Assembly (NCBI GenBank): GCA_965287045.1 | Contig: OZ336877.1 | Coordinates: forward strand, 79,856,001-79,920,000 | Direction of reading: 5' to 3' | DNA length: 64,000 bases | Source: Carcharhinus amblyrhynchos | Lineage: Eukaryota | Shown here: positions 37,411 through 49,546 of the stretch, piece by piece | Position numbering within the stretch: position 1 is the stretch's first letter | How the letters are laid out: each line of letters begins with the position of its first letter | Translations under genes and position numbers: made by a program | The notes under the pieces: generated by a model | Database searches by the model: none | What the model saw: the letters and a program-made list of their open reading frames with translations, nothing else | Told to the model about the DNA's origin: nothing

Positions 37411-38140
37411 CTGAATCAGGGAAGGGCAGATATGTAGAACAGGAACAATTGCTAAAGTAACGATTTGGCCTTTCTGCTTCCGTCTCCCAAAATTCATCCT
37501 TCCAGAGCTTCAGTTTCAAACAGTAACTTACGAGTGAGATTCTCTCTAGTAAAACCATTTTCTCCATAAAAATATCAATCAGTCCAACATTTCAAAGCTG
37601 ACGCCATTAATTCAATTGTGCTACATTTTCTCAATTAAGACATTTTAGATAAGTTTCAAAGGAACAGCCAGTATAAGGACAAATTTTGTTGATGTATACA
37701 GCCTGGAAGTTGCTCTTGGTAAGCTATTCAGGGCTTAACTCAGTCACAAAAAATTTCAGCTCTCTCAAATCAGCGTTCCAGCAAGGTCTGTATCGTTGCA
37801 GCACGGCAAACGTGTCATCAGTTACGCTGCACTTTGCTGTTCTGACAGCTAATTGTCCTAATACATGATACAACTGCATCATTACCTGCACTTTCCATTT
37901 TCCTGTACAGCAATTTTATTAGTGATCAGAAACAAACAGTAAGCAAGTATTGTGGTACACTCTAACATTGATGGCCACTCATTGGGCAGGACAGTGCTGG
38001 CATTAATTTTTATGTCAACAGCACTTCTTAGACTGATGAATTATGAAAAGGGCCATTGAAAATTTGCAAATTGCACTGCTGTCATTGATCTTCAGAACTG
38101 CTGAAGTTACAAAATTCCTGTACTGTTAAAAAAAAGTGCA

Positions 38141-38600
38141 GCATGGTGGCACAGTGGTTAGCACTGCTGCCGCACAGTGCCATGGACCCAGGTTCAATTC
38201 TGGCCTTGGGTGACTATCTCTGTGGAATTTGCACATTCTCCCTGTTTCTCCGGGTGCTCCGGTTTCCTCCCACAATCCAAAGATGTGCAGGTTAGGTGGA
38301 GGATTGACGGCGCTAAATCGCCCCTTACTGTCCAAAGATGTAGGGAGTGGGATAGCAGGATCTTGGGTTTGGACATAGTTCGGCACAACATTGAGAGCCA
38401 AAAGGCCTGTACTGTGCTGTACTGTTCTATGTTCTATTTTCTATGTTCTATGTATAGGTTAGATGGATTAGCCATGATAAATATGTGGAGTTACAGAGGA
38501 AGGTGGAGGGGAGACCCTGGGTGGCATGTTCTTTCAGAGATTCGGTGCAGACTCAATGGACCAGATGGTCTCTATGTACACCATAAAGATTCTTTGATAA
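38141..38600 (+). mobile_element. HE1 SINE with nested CR1 3' tail (about 38341-38450)
   Basis: HE1 runs to TCCAAAGATG, then GGCACAACATTGAGAGCCAAAAGGCCTGTACTGTGCTGTAC(TGTTCTA)n, then HE1 resumes at TAGGTTAGATGGATTAGCC. Confidence 0.85.
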
Positions 38601-39444
38601 GAATTTATGGTCATCCTTGAATATAAATTTTGTTTTTACGATTACAAAAATTTGGTTCAGACTGTAGCTTTATCTCAAATAACAAAATTAACTCCGCAGT
38701 TTAGATTTCATTTCTTTAAATGGAGCTTATTATCTCCATTGGTTGCCTGATAGTCAACTGACCCATTTGGGCTTTAATCCATGTTCAGGGCTAACTGTCA
38801 GATCAGGATCCAGATGCAAAGAAGGTGGGTTGAATTGGTGTTTTATGCATCTTAACATTTGCCTCTTTGATCATAATAAAGTTGGAGAAAACAATGGAAA
38901 TTAATGGTGGTAAAGGTTTCACTCCTTTTCCATGCTTCATTTCGCAGCCTTGTCTCAATCAAATAATTTAAATGGTGGTGAGTAATCTGTCACAGTCACT
39001 GTGGTGTTAGCCGGGAGCTAAACAAAACTATTTCCGACAATGAAACCTCAAGCAATTTTTGTCAACCTGTAATTAGAAGGCTGTTCCTGTCGCTCCGTCA
39101 GAATGACCTGTACTTTAAATCCAAAAGATTGTGATTCTGAATCATTGCCTGTTGGTTAAGCAACCAGGCAAGGGACTGCTTTGCATGTATTTTGTGAGGG
39201 AGGTAATGTTAGGTTTCATCTGTTCATCCCTTTGACTGGCTATGAAGTGTCACCCTTGATAGCAGTAGGACATGTAACCCCCAGCCAGCCCTGCTGATGG
39301 AAGATGATAAATTCAAATCAAAATGTTTCAGCTACCTTTTGCATGGCAGACATCATGACAGAACACAGCTAAGACAACTGTAACTAGGAGACATATATAT
39401 AAATTTAACCTTTTTGATAGTTCAGGGGGCAGTGGGGAGGGGTT

Positions 39445-39790
39445 ACAGAATCACATAGAATCATTACAATGCAGCAAAAGGCAGTTATCCCCACCAATCA
39501 CCCTTACAATCATTGCATTCCAGGTCCTAATCATATGCTGCACAGGAATGATTTTCCTTGCATCAACTTTAGTTCTTTTGTCAATCACTTTAGATCGTGT
39601 CCCCTAGTTCTAAACTCTTGCAACAATTGCAACTATTTCTGGCTATCTATTTCTCATAATGTTGAACACCTCTATCAAATCTCTGAGTATTGTTACATTG
39701 CTGAAGGAGGCCATTCAGCCCATCAAGTCTGCACTGGCTTTCTGACAGAGTATCTTACCCACGCCCTCTACCTCCTCCTATCCCCGTAAA
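39445..39790 (-). mobile_element. Old CR1 3' fragment plus HE1 tail
   Basis: ACAGAATCACATAGAATCATTACAATGCAGC; GAAGGAGGCCATTCAGCCCATCAAGTCTGCAC. Confidence 0.6.
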
Positions 39791-40599
39791 CCTTTTCTTT
39801 CTCAAGGAATGGCACCACTGCTTCTGACAGATGCATGTGTCAATAAGAATAAAAGAGAAAAATCTGAAACAATGTGAAAAAGATTATGCATTTTCACAGC
39901 AAATCAACCAGCATGAAGTGAATTATGATAGAATTATGGAAAAATTCAAAATGCAATGTCAATTTGGCCAGTTTTAATAGCATTTTGTGCTTTTTTTTTG
40001 TTTAGCAGCATTTCCAAATTTTTGCCTATACGGAAGCAAGAATGTAAAAAAAACGTCATTGTATTTCACAAGAACATGGGTCTTCTTTCATTGTTCTTCA
40101 TGGAAAACCATTTAGTAATGGTTCTCATTGTTGCAATTTATGAGTAATTCATCCAATATCTTCCATTGGCTATGCTATGCTAGTTACTGGAAGCATACCA
40201 ATTATATAGCTATCAATCAAGTTTGCTGGCTGTGCTTCCAAATGATTTTTTCTTAGCATTGCATATCTTTATAACTAAACTATGGATTGATTTTCCTAAC
40301 TGCATTACAATGGACGTGTGTCTGAATTCTCTGGCAGTTATGTATCTGAGTTCCCTGGACATTGAATGCTAAGATTTGTTACTGGTTTGGGGAGGGGCAG
40401 TAGGGGGGATTGCGGTGGAGCAGGTGCAGGTGAGAAGGAAAAATTATTTGTTGGTCAAATACGATTAGAGCTACAACTCTTCATCAATCCTGTTAATCCT
40501 TCAGCATTTAATAAATCTTTGTCTCACTTACAAACTGGATTTATGTGGATCTTGTGTACAGAACACCAACCTAGCACTCCCTCAAATCAGATAATATAC

Positions 40600-40810
40600 G
40601 TTCTCCCCTTATCTGCATAGGTTTCCTCTGGGTGCTCCGGTTTCCTCTATACTCTGTGTGTTAGGTGGATTGACCATGCTAAATTGCCCCCTAATGTCAG
40701 GGGGATGAGCAGGGTAAATAGGTGGGGATAGGACCTGGGTGGGATTGTTGTCAGTGCAGGCTGAGTAGGCCAAATGGCTTCCTTCTGCATTGGGGTATGG
40801 GTTCCATGCT
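40600..40810 (+). mobile_element. HE1 SINE (5'-truncated)
   Basis: GGTTTCCTCTGGGTGCTCCGGTTTCCTC..GACCATGCTAAATTGCCCC. Confidence 0.85.
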
Positions 40811-41259
40811 TCTACTCCATTCTTATTTAAGTACTATGCTGCACAAGATGAAATTAAAATTTTACCGTTGCTATTTGTTATTGGGGGATGCTCCTGTACC
40901 GATGATGCTCCCATGCAACTAACAGGGGCGTGGATTTAAGACATGATGGGCCAAAGGTCCTAATTTTGTGCTGTATACCTCTATGGTTCTAATGCATGTT
41001 CATAACGCCAATCATCCCAATAACATATTTCTCATTTTGCAAAGATGTTCCTAACTCAGGCCATAGCTTCCCTTTAGATTTAAATTGTTCTTCATTTAGT
41101 TGGCTGAAGACAAAACTGAGAGACACCGCCCCTGCATCTGTTTTCTATCTTTACCTCCCGAGCTTTGCCTTCTTAAATATATATTCTGCATGTCAGAAAT
41201 TCTGCCAGATTTCCCATAGCACGTAGACAGGTAAATGGAGATCTTGCTCAAATATCTAT

Positions 41260-41410
41260 AGACATTTAAATTTAAATAAAGGTTATGGTGAGTGGGCGGG
41301 TACGTGGAGCTGAGTCCACAAAAAGATCAGCCATGATCTTATTGAATGGCGGAGCAGGTTCGAGGGGCCAGATGGCCTACTCCTACTCCTAGTTCTTATG
41401 TTCTTATGAC
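41260..41410 (+). mobile_element. CR1 3' tail
   Basis: AGATCAGCCATGATCTTATTGAATGGCGGAGCAGGTTCGAGGGGCCAGATGGCCTACTCCT..(TTCTTATG)n. Confidence 0.85.
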
Positions 41411-41719
41411 ATTGAACACAAAAGTCAGGTAATGTTGAACATGTACAAAAATATAGATTTATTTCACAGTTTAATAGAGGCTTCAAGATTTTGGCTGCAG
41501 TCCCAGATAGAAAGTTGCATTTGAAGGTTCCTGAAATAATTAACTCAGATCAAACTAGATTTATTTAGAACTGTCACTTAAACATTAAGTTCATTCATTT
41601 GACAATCTCTCTGTGGGTGGTAGGCCTGGACAGAGAACATAGAGCTCCCTGTGTGCAAGCATGACAGGGCTGCTCTATGCAAAGTTATCAAAAAGGATTT
41701 TTGAATTATGTTTTTCTAA

Positions 41720-42085
41720 TCTCAATTAATGGATTCAGATCCCATGAGGGAGGAGCCAAGCCCCAGGCCATGGAGCTTGGAGATGAGATTTGTAGGAATA
41801 ATGGTGTTAAAGGCTGAGCTGTAGTCTATAAATAGGAGTCTGACATATGTGTCTTTGTTATCGAGGTGTTCCAGGGTTGAGTGCAGGGCCAGGGAGATAG
41901 CGTCTGCTGTGGACCTGTTGCGGCGTTAGGCAAACTGTAGTGGATCCAGGTAATCTGGGAGACTGGAATTGATTAGTGCCGTGTCTAGCCTTACAAAGCA
42001 CTTCATAATGATGGATGTCAGAGCCACCAGATGACTGCTTCACTTTTCTTTGGTACCAGGATGATGATCATCTTCTTGAAGCAGA
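41720..42085 (-). mobile_element. Rex1/Babar LINE RT fragment
   Basis: Minus strand translates [70 protein letters not shown]. Confidence 0.9.
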
Positions 42086-42094
42086 TTGAGACGA

Positions 42095-43425
42095 GATAGG
42101 ATAGATTTGTGAACCAGATGGGTAGTGACTAGAGGCTGGTGTCCAGTGGCATATCACAAAGTTCAGTGGGTCCCTTTTTTGTCTGTTATATACATAAATG
42201 ATAAGTAAGTTTGCAGATGACACCAAGATTGGTAAGGTGATTAATAGTGAAGAAGAAGGTCATAGTTAACAGGAAGGTGTAAATGAGTTGGTCAGATGGG
42301 CAGAGTAGTGGCAGATGGTACTTAACCCTGATAAGTGCGAAGTGATGCACTTTGGAAGAAGTAACAAGACAAGGGAATATTTAATGAATGGCAGGGTGCT
42401 AGGACGCTTAGAGGAACAGATGGATCTTGGGGTACTTATTCACAGATCCCTGAAGGAGGCAGAGCAAGTGAATAGGGTAGTTAAGAAGGCATATTGGAAA
42501 CTTGTTTTCATCAGTCATGGTATAGAGTATAAGAGCAAGGAGGTCATGTTGGAGCTTTACAGAACATTGGTTAGACTACAGCTGTGTATTATGTGCGGTT
42601 CTGGTCACCTTACTATAGGAAGAATGTGATTGCACTAGATGGGGTACAGTGAAAATTCACCAGGATTTTGCCTGAGATGGAGCATTTGAACTACAAAGAG
42701 AGGCTTGGATTATTTTCTGCGGAACAGAGAAGGCTGAAAGAGGTCATGATTGAAGTGTGTAAGATTATGAGGGGTTAGAAGAGAGTGAATAAGAAGCAGG
42801 TGTTCTCTTTGGTACAGAAGTCAATCACGAGATGGTTTAGTTTTAGGGTGAGGGGCAGCAGCTTCAGAAGGAATTTGAGAAAAAAGGAAAGCTTTGTGAA
42901 GCATTGGTGAGACTATAATTTTTGGCCTCCTTACTTAAGGAGCAATGTATTTGCACGGGAGATCATTTAGAGAAAGCTCAATAAGTTACTTCCTGGGATG
43001 AAGAAGTGACCTTATAAAGGCAAGCTGAGCAGTCTGGGATTGCACTGATTGGAGTTTAGGGGAATTACTGAAAGAAGTACAATTCTGAGGGGGTCACATG
43101 TTAAGAGGATTTTTCCCTGCATGGGAGAAATCTAGAACCAGGGGGTTCCATTTAAAAATAAGGTGTCTCCCATTTAAGATGGACAGAGATGAGAAGGAAT
43201 TTCTTCTCTCAGGGGGTCTTTAATGTTTGGAATTTAATGGAAAGTTAGACAGATATTTGATTTACAGGGAAGTCAAGGGTTAAGGGGGGGCAGGCAGATC
43301 AGTGGAATTAAGGCCACAATCAGGTCAGCCATGATCAGAACAGCCATGCCCTTATTCAACGGCGGAGCAGGCTTAAAAGGTCAAATGATCTACTCCTGCT
43401 CCTATTTCTTATGTTCCTATGTTCC
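42095..43425 (+). mobile_element. Two adjoining CR1 fragments
   Basis: SKFADDTKIG at about 42205; MVLNPDKCEVMHFGRSN..YRTLVRLQL; a second copy restarts at about 42895 and ends in a (TTCCTATG)n tail. Confidence 0.9.
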
Positions 43426-43904
43426 AACTTGCTCTTGATCAGTAATTCCAATAGGTTAATGGAGCTGTGTGCGTTACATTATAGCAGACATTTGGATTTG
43501 GCTCAGGAAACCTGGCAGCTAAAGGGAGCTATCAATCCAGCAGCTAAGTGCTTTTCCAGAATTGCATATTTGACAGGAGGAGCAGTAAAACCTCCCCCAC
43601 GCCCAGCCAACCGTTCAATCTGTCCGGTTACTGAGCAGAAAATTAGAAAAAAAATCAAATGAGGTCCTGTATAATTTAGCAGGACTTCCTCGCTAGTCAT
43701 TTCTCTGAGGAGTCTGACAACAAACAGTCTCCTCCTAACCTCCTCCGTAAATATTAGAACTGATATCTTTTGACAGATGACGCTTGTTCTTTTTTTTACT
43801 TGAGTTCTCTGCCGAAAGGTGGGACCTCGGTGATTGTTTGCCAAACCACATCAAAGTGCCTTGATTTTCACCGTGAATAGTGTGAGGAGGAAGGCTCTAA
43901 AATC

Positions 43905-43993
43905 TACCTGAGCTAGAACTGGGATTGAATCCAATGTTGTTTGGCACCAATCTGATGCAGAAGCCAGCCACCTAGTTCACTGAGCTAACTGGC
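43905..43993 (-). mobile_element. tRNA-derived SINE head (non-HE1)
   Basis: Minus strand GCCAGTTAGCTCAGTGAACTAGG (A-box)..GGATTCAATCCC (B-box-like). Confidence 0.55.
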
Positions 43994-44239
43994 TTCCTTA
44001 AAAGGTGTGGTTAGAATGATGTATTTGTGGCCACAAAGCTTTGCAATGCTGTTAATCCTTTTTGAAGAGAGTTTTTACCTTGTTGTCTGTAAAAGAGGAG
44101 TATTGAAGGGCAAAGGGAGTGGCTTGAAGCGTGGGACTAGAATAAAAAATTGGGCATCTAACCAGTTTCTGTGAAGTAGTGTATTACAACTGTAAACTTC
44201 CCCAGTCCCATCCCTGCTGGCAGATATTTGGTGCAGCAG

Positions 44240-45045
44240 GCCATAAAACCATTAGAAGATTAGACGATTCGACTCATCTAGTTAGCGCGTTCATACAACC
44301 ATGGCTGATAATTTTCTCATACCCATTCTCCTGCCTTTTCCCCATAACCCCGATCCCCTTATTAAGCAAGAATCTATCTACCTCTGTCTTAAAGACACTC
44401 AATGACCCAGCCTCCACAGCCTTCAGCGGCAAAGAGTTCCATAGATTCGCCACTCTCTGGTTGAAAAAATTCCTCCTCATCCCTACCCGAAAGATCCACC
44501 CGCACCCCCCGCCCCATCCCTGTTTTAAAGGATCGTCCCTTCAGCCTGAGGTTGTGCCCTTTGGTTCTAGTTTTTCCTATGAGTGGAAACATCCTTTCCA
44601 CATTCAATCGATCCAGGCCTCGCAGTATCCTGTAAGTTTCAGTAAGATCCCTCCTCTTTCTTCTCAACTCCAACGAGTACAGACCCAGAGTCCAACAAGC
44701 TCTTCGTTCCAGGAATCATCTTGTGAACCTCCTCTGGACCTTTTCCAAGGCCAGCACATCTTTCCTTAGATATGAGGCCCAAAGTGCTCTCCAAATGGGG
44801 TCTGACCAGAGCCTTCTACAGCCTCAGAAGTACATCTGTGCTCATATATTCTAGCCCTCTTGACAAGAATGCTAACATTGCATTTGTCTTCCTAACTGCT
44901 GACTGAACCTGCACATTAATCTTAAGAGAATCTTGAACAATGACTCCCAAGTTCCTTTGTGTTTCTGATTTGCTAAGCATTTTCCCAGTTAGAAAATATG
45001 CCTCCATTCCCCCTTCCAAAGTGCATAACCTCACACTTTTCCTCA
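44240..45045 (-). mobile_element. CR1 LINE 3' fragment
   Basis: RDLTETYRILRGLDRLNVERMFPLIG; RRNFFNQRVANLWNSLP; QRNLGVIVQDSLK. Confidence 0.92.
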
Positions 45046-45521
45046 CACACACAGGCTCGTCAGGTGTTCCAGGAAATAATACCATCTCAAATCCTAGGAA
45101 AGGCTCATTATACTAATGGTAAATGAACAATATTTATTAGGATACAGCAGAGACTCCAGCCCAATTCTGGCAGCCTATGTTAGACAGATGCACAGACATT
45201 CTTCTAAGGGAATTCCATGACATTAAAAGGGTTTAAGTTGAAGTATAAGAAGTTTATTTTTCAATAACTATGAAAGGTTGGTGCCTTGGTCAGCATTTGA
45301 TCCTTTTTATATCCCTATTGTTTTGTACAGGGAGCAATTTAGTGGGAATGGCAGTGCGTGCTCAAAGTCCAGAGGACATGATTCGTGCTGATAAGTTTCT
45401 GAGTGACGATCTTCCCACCCCTTGCTGATCGAATGGCCTGAAACATGCCACGGGACCAGAGAACACTCATGTTGATACATCAGTATGTCAGTAGCGAGCA
45501 CTCCCTCTGGATATTGAACCT

Positions 45522-47834
45522 GTATAGAATTTTCAGCTGGTGCCAGCGTGACGCCATTTACAACAGCTCTACGTAAGCATGAAACTGGCGCCTTCACCTC
45601 CAAGGGGGGTTACGAAGTGAGCGCTCATTCAACCAGCACTCTCTGCAGAGTGCACTACTCCGGGGGGTACCAGAGAGACTTGAGGGACCCGCATAGGTTC
45701 AACTCAGGGTTGGGGGTCCCAGGATCAACAGTTTGGGAAGAAGGGTCAGGAAGGGGTCACTTGCAAGCCTTCTCCACCCTTCATGTTGGGGCACCCCTTG
45801 TTTTAAAGGAGTTGTGAGGGTTGGTATTCCAGTGTCCTTGTTCCTGTCATTCCATATCACAGCTGAGGGAATACCCTCCTTTAGTGGGGGCTGGCAAGAG
45901 GGTGAGGGGGGACATGGCACATTCCACAGGGATGAGGGGCCAGGGAAGCCTGGTGGTTCCTTCAAATTTGGTGGCACAAACAGACAGGCTGGAGGCTCTG
46001 TGGGTGAACAAAGTGAAATTGATTGACAGACATCCACAAAAAAATGGTGACCTCACTGCAATTGTGCTTATATTCACCCGTACCCACTAAATGCCTACAG
46101 TTTCTTAATCTTCCTCACCCTCCCACTGCATCGAGGCATCACCCCAGGATCCACAGCTGTCAGAACCAGGAGACGTGCTGCTCTCAGGAAGGGGGGTGTC
46201 AAATGGGCTGGAGATGCCCAGAGTCTCCTGGCAGGAGGGTCCCAGGCTGCACTCCTGCCGATCCCCTTCCCTTCTGTTTCCCAGGGGCTCCCGTGCTCCT
46301 CCATGGGATGGAGGGGTAGCCTGGCAGAAGCCCTGCCATCCTCTGGCACAGATACTCATGGATTCCCACCATGCAGTTGAAGTTCTGCACCATGGTGCAG
46401 ATATCTCCTGCCATGGAGTGCATGTCCTGCATCAAGGTCTCCACTGGAGATGGCACCCTCGCAGTGTTGGCCTTGGTGAGCTGCAGTGATGGACCATCTC
46501 CTCAGATAGCAGGCGACGGGACTCCTCCAATTGGCCTTGCAGTCTGAGGAGGGCTGCTGTCCTTCCTTCCTGAGACTCGCAACTCTGCCTTTACAGCTCC
46601 AACAGCTGTGGGGTGATCGGGCCCAAGGGCACATCGTCAGTCTGGGGGTCAGCAAAGTCCTGAGCGCTGGCATCCCTCCAAGTAACGGTTCCCTGGGATG
46701 TCACTGCCTCCACCTGCTGTGGATCATCAGTTTTGAGGTGCTCACCAGTGAGTGACCCAGAAGCCTGCACCTTCCAAGGTGGGGTTGGAGAAGTCCCCCT
46801 CCGCATTGCTGGAGTCCGGTGGGTCTGGGAGCGCGGGGATGGTCCCGCCTGTTCTGGTGGTCGGCCTGTAAGACAAGGCACATGGCAATAGTGCATTACA
46901 TGGGATGCGAAGAAACATGGAGACTTGTGGAATTATAACATTTCTGTTGAGAGTTCTCATGTCTTTGCTGCCCCCGCTTCACTAGCAGTGCAGATATGTT
47001 CTTCCTCCTCCGCAGCCCTCTCCTCGAAGTGTGTGAGCCAGGTTTGACTCCAGCTGACTGTGCCTGCTGTGCTCTAGTTTGACAAACAATGACATGGATA
47101 GGGAGAGCGTAGGTGGGAATGTGAACATTTAAAATGGTGATGAGGCGTGACAGATGTGGGACTTGTGTGGTAGCCGGAGTGTGAAGAGCATAGCAGCTAC
47201 TGAGGGGACATGGTGATTGTGGGAGGGAGGGGGGAACCTGGTGCCTGGTGTTGGCAAAGGTCAAGGTGGCTGAGTGAGAGAAAGGGTTGTGGGTGAGATG
47301 GGCATGCGAGGGAGCCCATTGGGAGACGGGAGAGGGGTGATTCACTTACCCTGCCCAGCGAAGAAGATCATTTATCTTCTTTCTACACTGCTGCCTCGCC
47401 TTCTTCTATAGTATACTTGTACTGACCAGGGCTGCCACTGCAATCCAGACTGGGAGGGTGAGGGTCGTCACCCTGACGGGCAGCCATTTCCTGGAGTGGA
47501 GGTATAGGGCTTGCCACCTTTGCGCCACTCCATCGAGCAGTCTGGTGAGGTCCCCCTCTATAAAGCATGGTGTGGACTTTTTGGCTGCCATCTCCTGCAG
47601 TCGATGTGGAACAAGTGCTGGGGAGCCGTTGATATGGAGCTCTCCAGTGCTTGCAGCAGTTTAATCATCACATAGCAAGTGAATCAGAGGGAACACGCTG
47701 CTGGAGCAGTACAAAACTTGTAGGAATAGAAATGAATACTAATGAGCCATAAGATTCATCCTGAAGACATGCTGGCACCGTCATTTCTTGCGCTGGAACC
47801 AACACACTGCCATTTTTCAGTAAGATTTTGTCCT
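45522..47834 (-). mobile_element. Internally deleted Harbinger transposon carrying a Myb/SANT gene
   Basis: GC-rich 2.3-kb block with weak TIR-like ends (GTATAGAATTTTC / GTAAGATTTTGTCC); contains the Myb/SANT exons listed below. Confidence 0.7.
46100..47591 (-). pseudogene. Harbinger ORF1 Myb/SANT-like DNA-binding protein, three exons, decayed
   Basis: Exon 1: MAAKKSTPCFIEGDLTRLLDGVAQRWQALY..WIAVAALVS..*KKARQQCRKKINDLLR, then donor GTAAGT at about 47349. Exon 2: LTHFEERA (about 47020-47045). Exon 3: after acceptor CTTGTCTTACAG (about 46866), with coiled-coil-like LLRLQGQLEESRRL. Stops and frameshifts present. Confidence 0.8.
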
Positions 47835-48509
47835 ATCTTTCAGAGCTTTTGCCACACTCTGAACAGAAGTCATTCTATTACATTCCCCTGACTAGGGTTT
47901 AATTGGGAGGAAATTTTGAGGTTATGCAGAAATTCTTGATGCACTCATGGCATGAATAAATTCCCTCTCAAGGCCATCTCCCCCCAGCAAGTTGTATACC
48001 CAACCAGAATTTTACTCCACTGAGCTGGAAAGGTGTTTATGTGCAAAATGCCATTCCCAATTTACCCTCGCTCTATCTTCCCTGGTGCTGGGGCACGGGA
48101 CCTTAAATTCGATGACTTCAGGTCAACACCTGACTATAACTGGAATCTGCTGGAATCCATTAAGCATCAAGTTGAGTCCAGAACAGAGCTGAGAAGCTTC
48201 ATATACATAGACAAATACATGATCAGAACGCAACTTCAAAAATGCAAATTAGGGTCAGAGCCAATATCAAGTCATGAACTTAATAAATCAAAATCTGCTA
48301 ATCTTTTAATGGAAACTTGGTCACTGCCGACTATTTTAGTAAATTTCAGTGCTAAGATACTTGGGTGAAACTGACCTAAATTCACACATGATCTTGACTG
48401 TATAGCACGCTGAACCTAGTCGATTCTATCATGTCAGTCCAGAAAGCAAAGCTGATGCATTTTTAAAAAAATGCTTCGAGATGATTTGAGAGGGGAGGCA
48501 CAATGGCCT

Positions 48510-48800
48510 GGGATGGCACAGTGGCACAGTGGTTAGCACTGCTGTCTCACAGCGCCAGGGAGCCGGGTTCAATTCCAGCCTCGGGTGATTGTATGGAGAT
48601 TGCACATTCTCCCCATGTCTGCGTGGGTTCCTCCACAGTCCAAAGATGTGTGGGTTAGGTTGATTGGCCATGCTAAATTGCCCCTTAATGTCAGGGGAAT
48701 TAGGACTGTAAATATGTGGGGTTATGGGGATGGGGCCTGGGTGAGATTGTTGTCACTGGGCCAAATGGCCTCCTTCTGCACAGTAGATTCTATGATTCTG
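48510..48800 (+). mobile_element. HE1 SINE, full length
   Basis: GGCACAGTGGTTAGCACTGCTGTCTCACAGCGCCAGGG..GGGTTCAATTCC..GATTCTATGATTCT. Confidence 0.92.
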
Positions 48801-49308
48801 TGGGTAGCTGTGCCAGCTGTGGCGTTAGGCCAACTAACAAAATTCCTAGTTCAGTCTCTGGTTTATGCTGACTTTGACACTCTTCCTCGGAGTGGGAAGA
48901 TGGAATTACGATTGGATTCACAGCCCCAGGTTAAGTAGAAGAATCAGGATTCCTATTTCTTACTATTAATCAACTGTTCATGCTGACAGTGCTTGTGAAG
49001 TGACAATAGACTTAGACTTGGATTAATGCCCCAAATAATTCAATTGCTTGTCACTATGTAACCTTGTACATGAAATGTAGATATTTGAGCAAAGTACTGG
49101 AAATCTGTATGTAGCAGACACTGACAAGGGACATTAGCTCAAGGAATGGATGACAAAATGGAAAGAGAATTGTTTTGTTTGATATCTCAAACAATTTTCA
49201 TTTACAAAATTGTCATGTCATAGTTTCAAATATATTTCTTTGGTTTAATTGCATTACAAGCCCAACACATTGGTCTGGAATTTAGAATTTGGCAGAATTA
49301 TTTGAGGA

Positions 49309-49546
49309 TGTTGGAATGATTTTAATCAGACCATTGAGGTTGGCCTATTGGAGTATGAGCTCCCTGATTAAGGATCCAATTGATGGGCCAATCAGGGAGT
49401 CTTTGCCTTGTACTAAACCAGGAGTGTCAGAGGAACTGACACTCCCAGAGATAGACTGCTAACTGGTAGCACTCTGTGTACTGCTGTTAGAGTTATAAAT
49501 AAAGGGATTTTGGTGAAGGGATGTCTGCCTCCGCAGACTTATTACA
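49309..49546 (+). mobile_element. Candidate short solo LTR (238 bp)
   Basis: TG...TTATTACA ends; CCAAT boxes; AATAAA about 45 bp before the end; two 10-bp internal inverted repeats; TSD not preserved. Confidence 0.55.

Noticed and set aside
37890-37945. 28-nt micro-exon (TTTTCCTGTACAG..GTAAGC)
   Set aside because: Not frame-preserving, no partner exons and no recognisable peptide.
44179-44769. Longest ORF (196 aa, plus strand)
   Set aside because: It is the antisense frame of a CR1 3' end.
48510-48590. tRNA genes at SINE heads
   Set aside because: The A/B boxes continue into the V-domain and LINE-derived tail, so these are SINEs rather than tRNAs.
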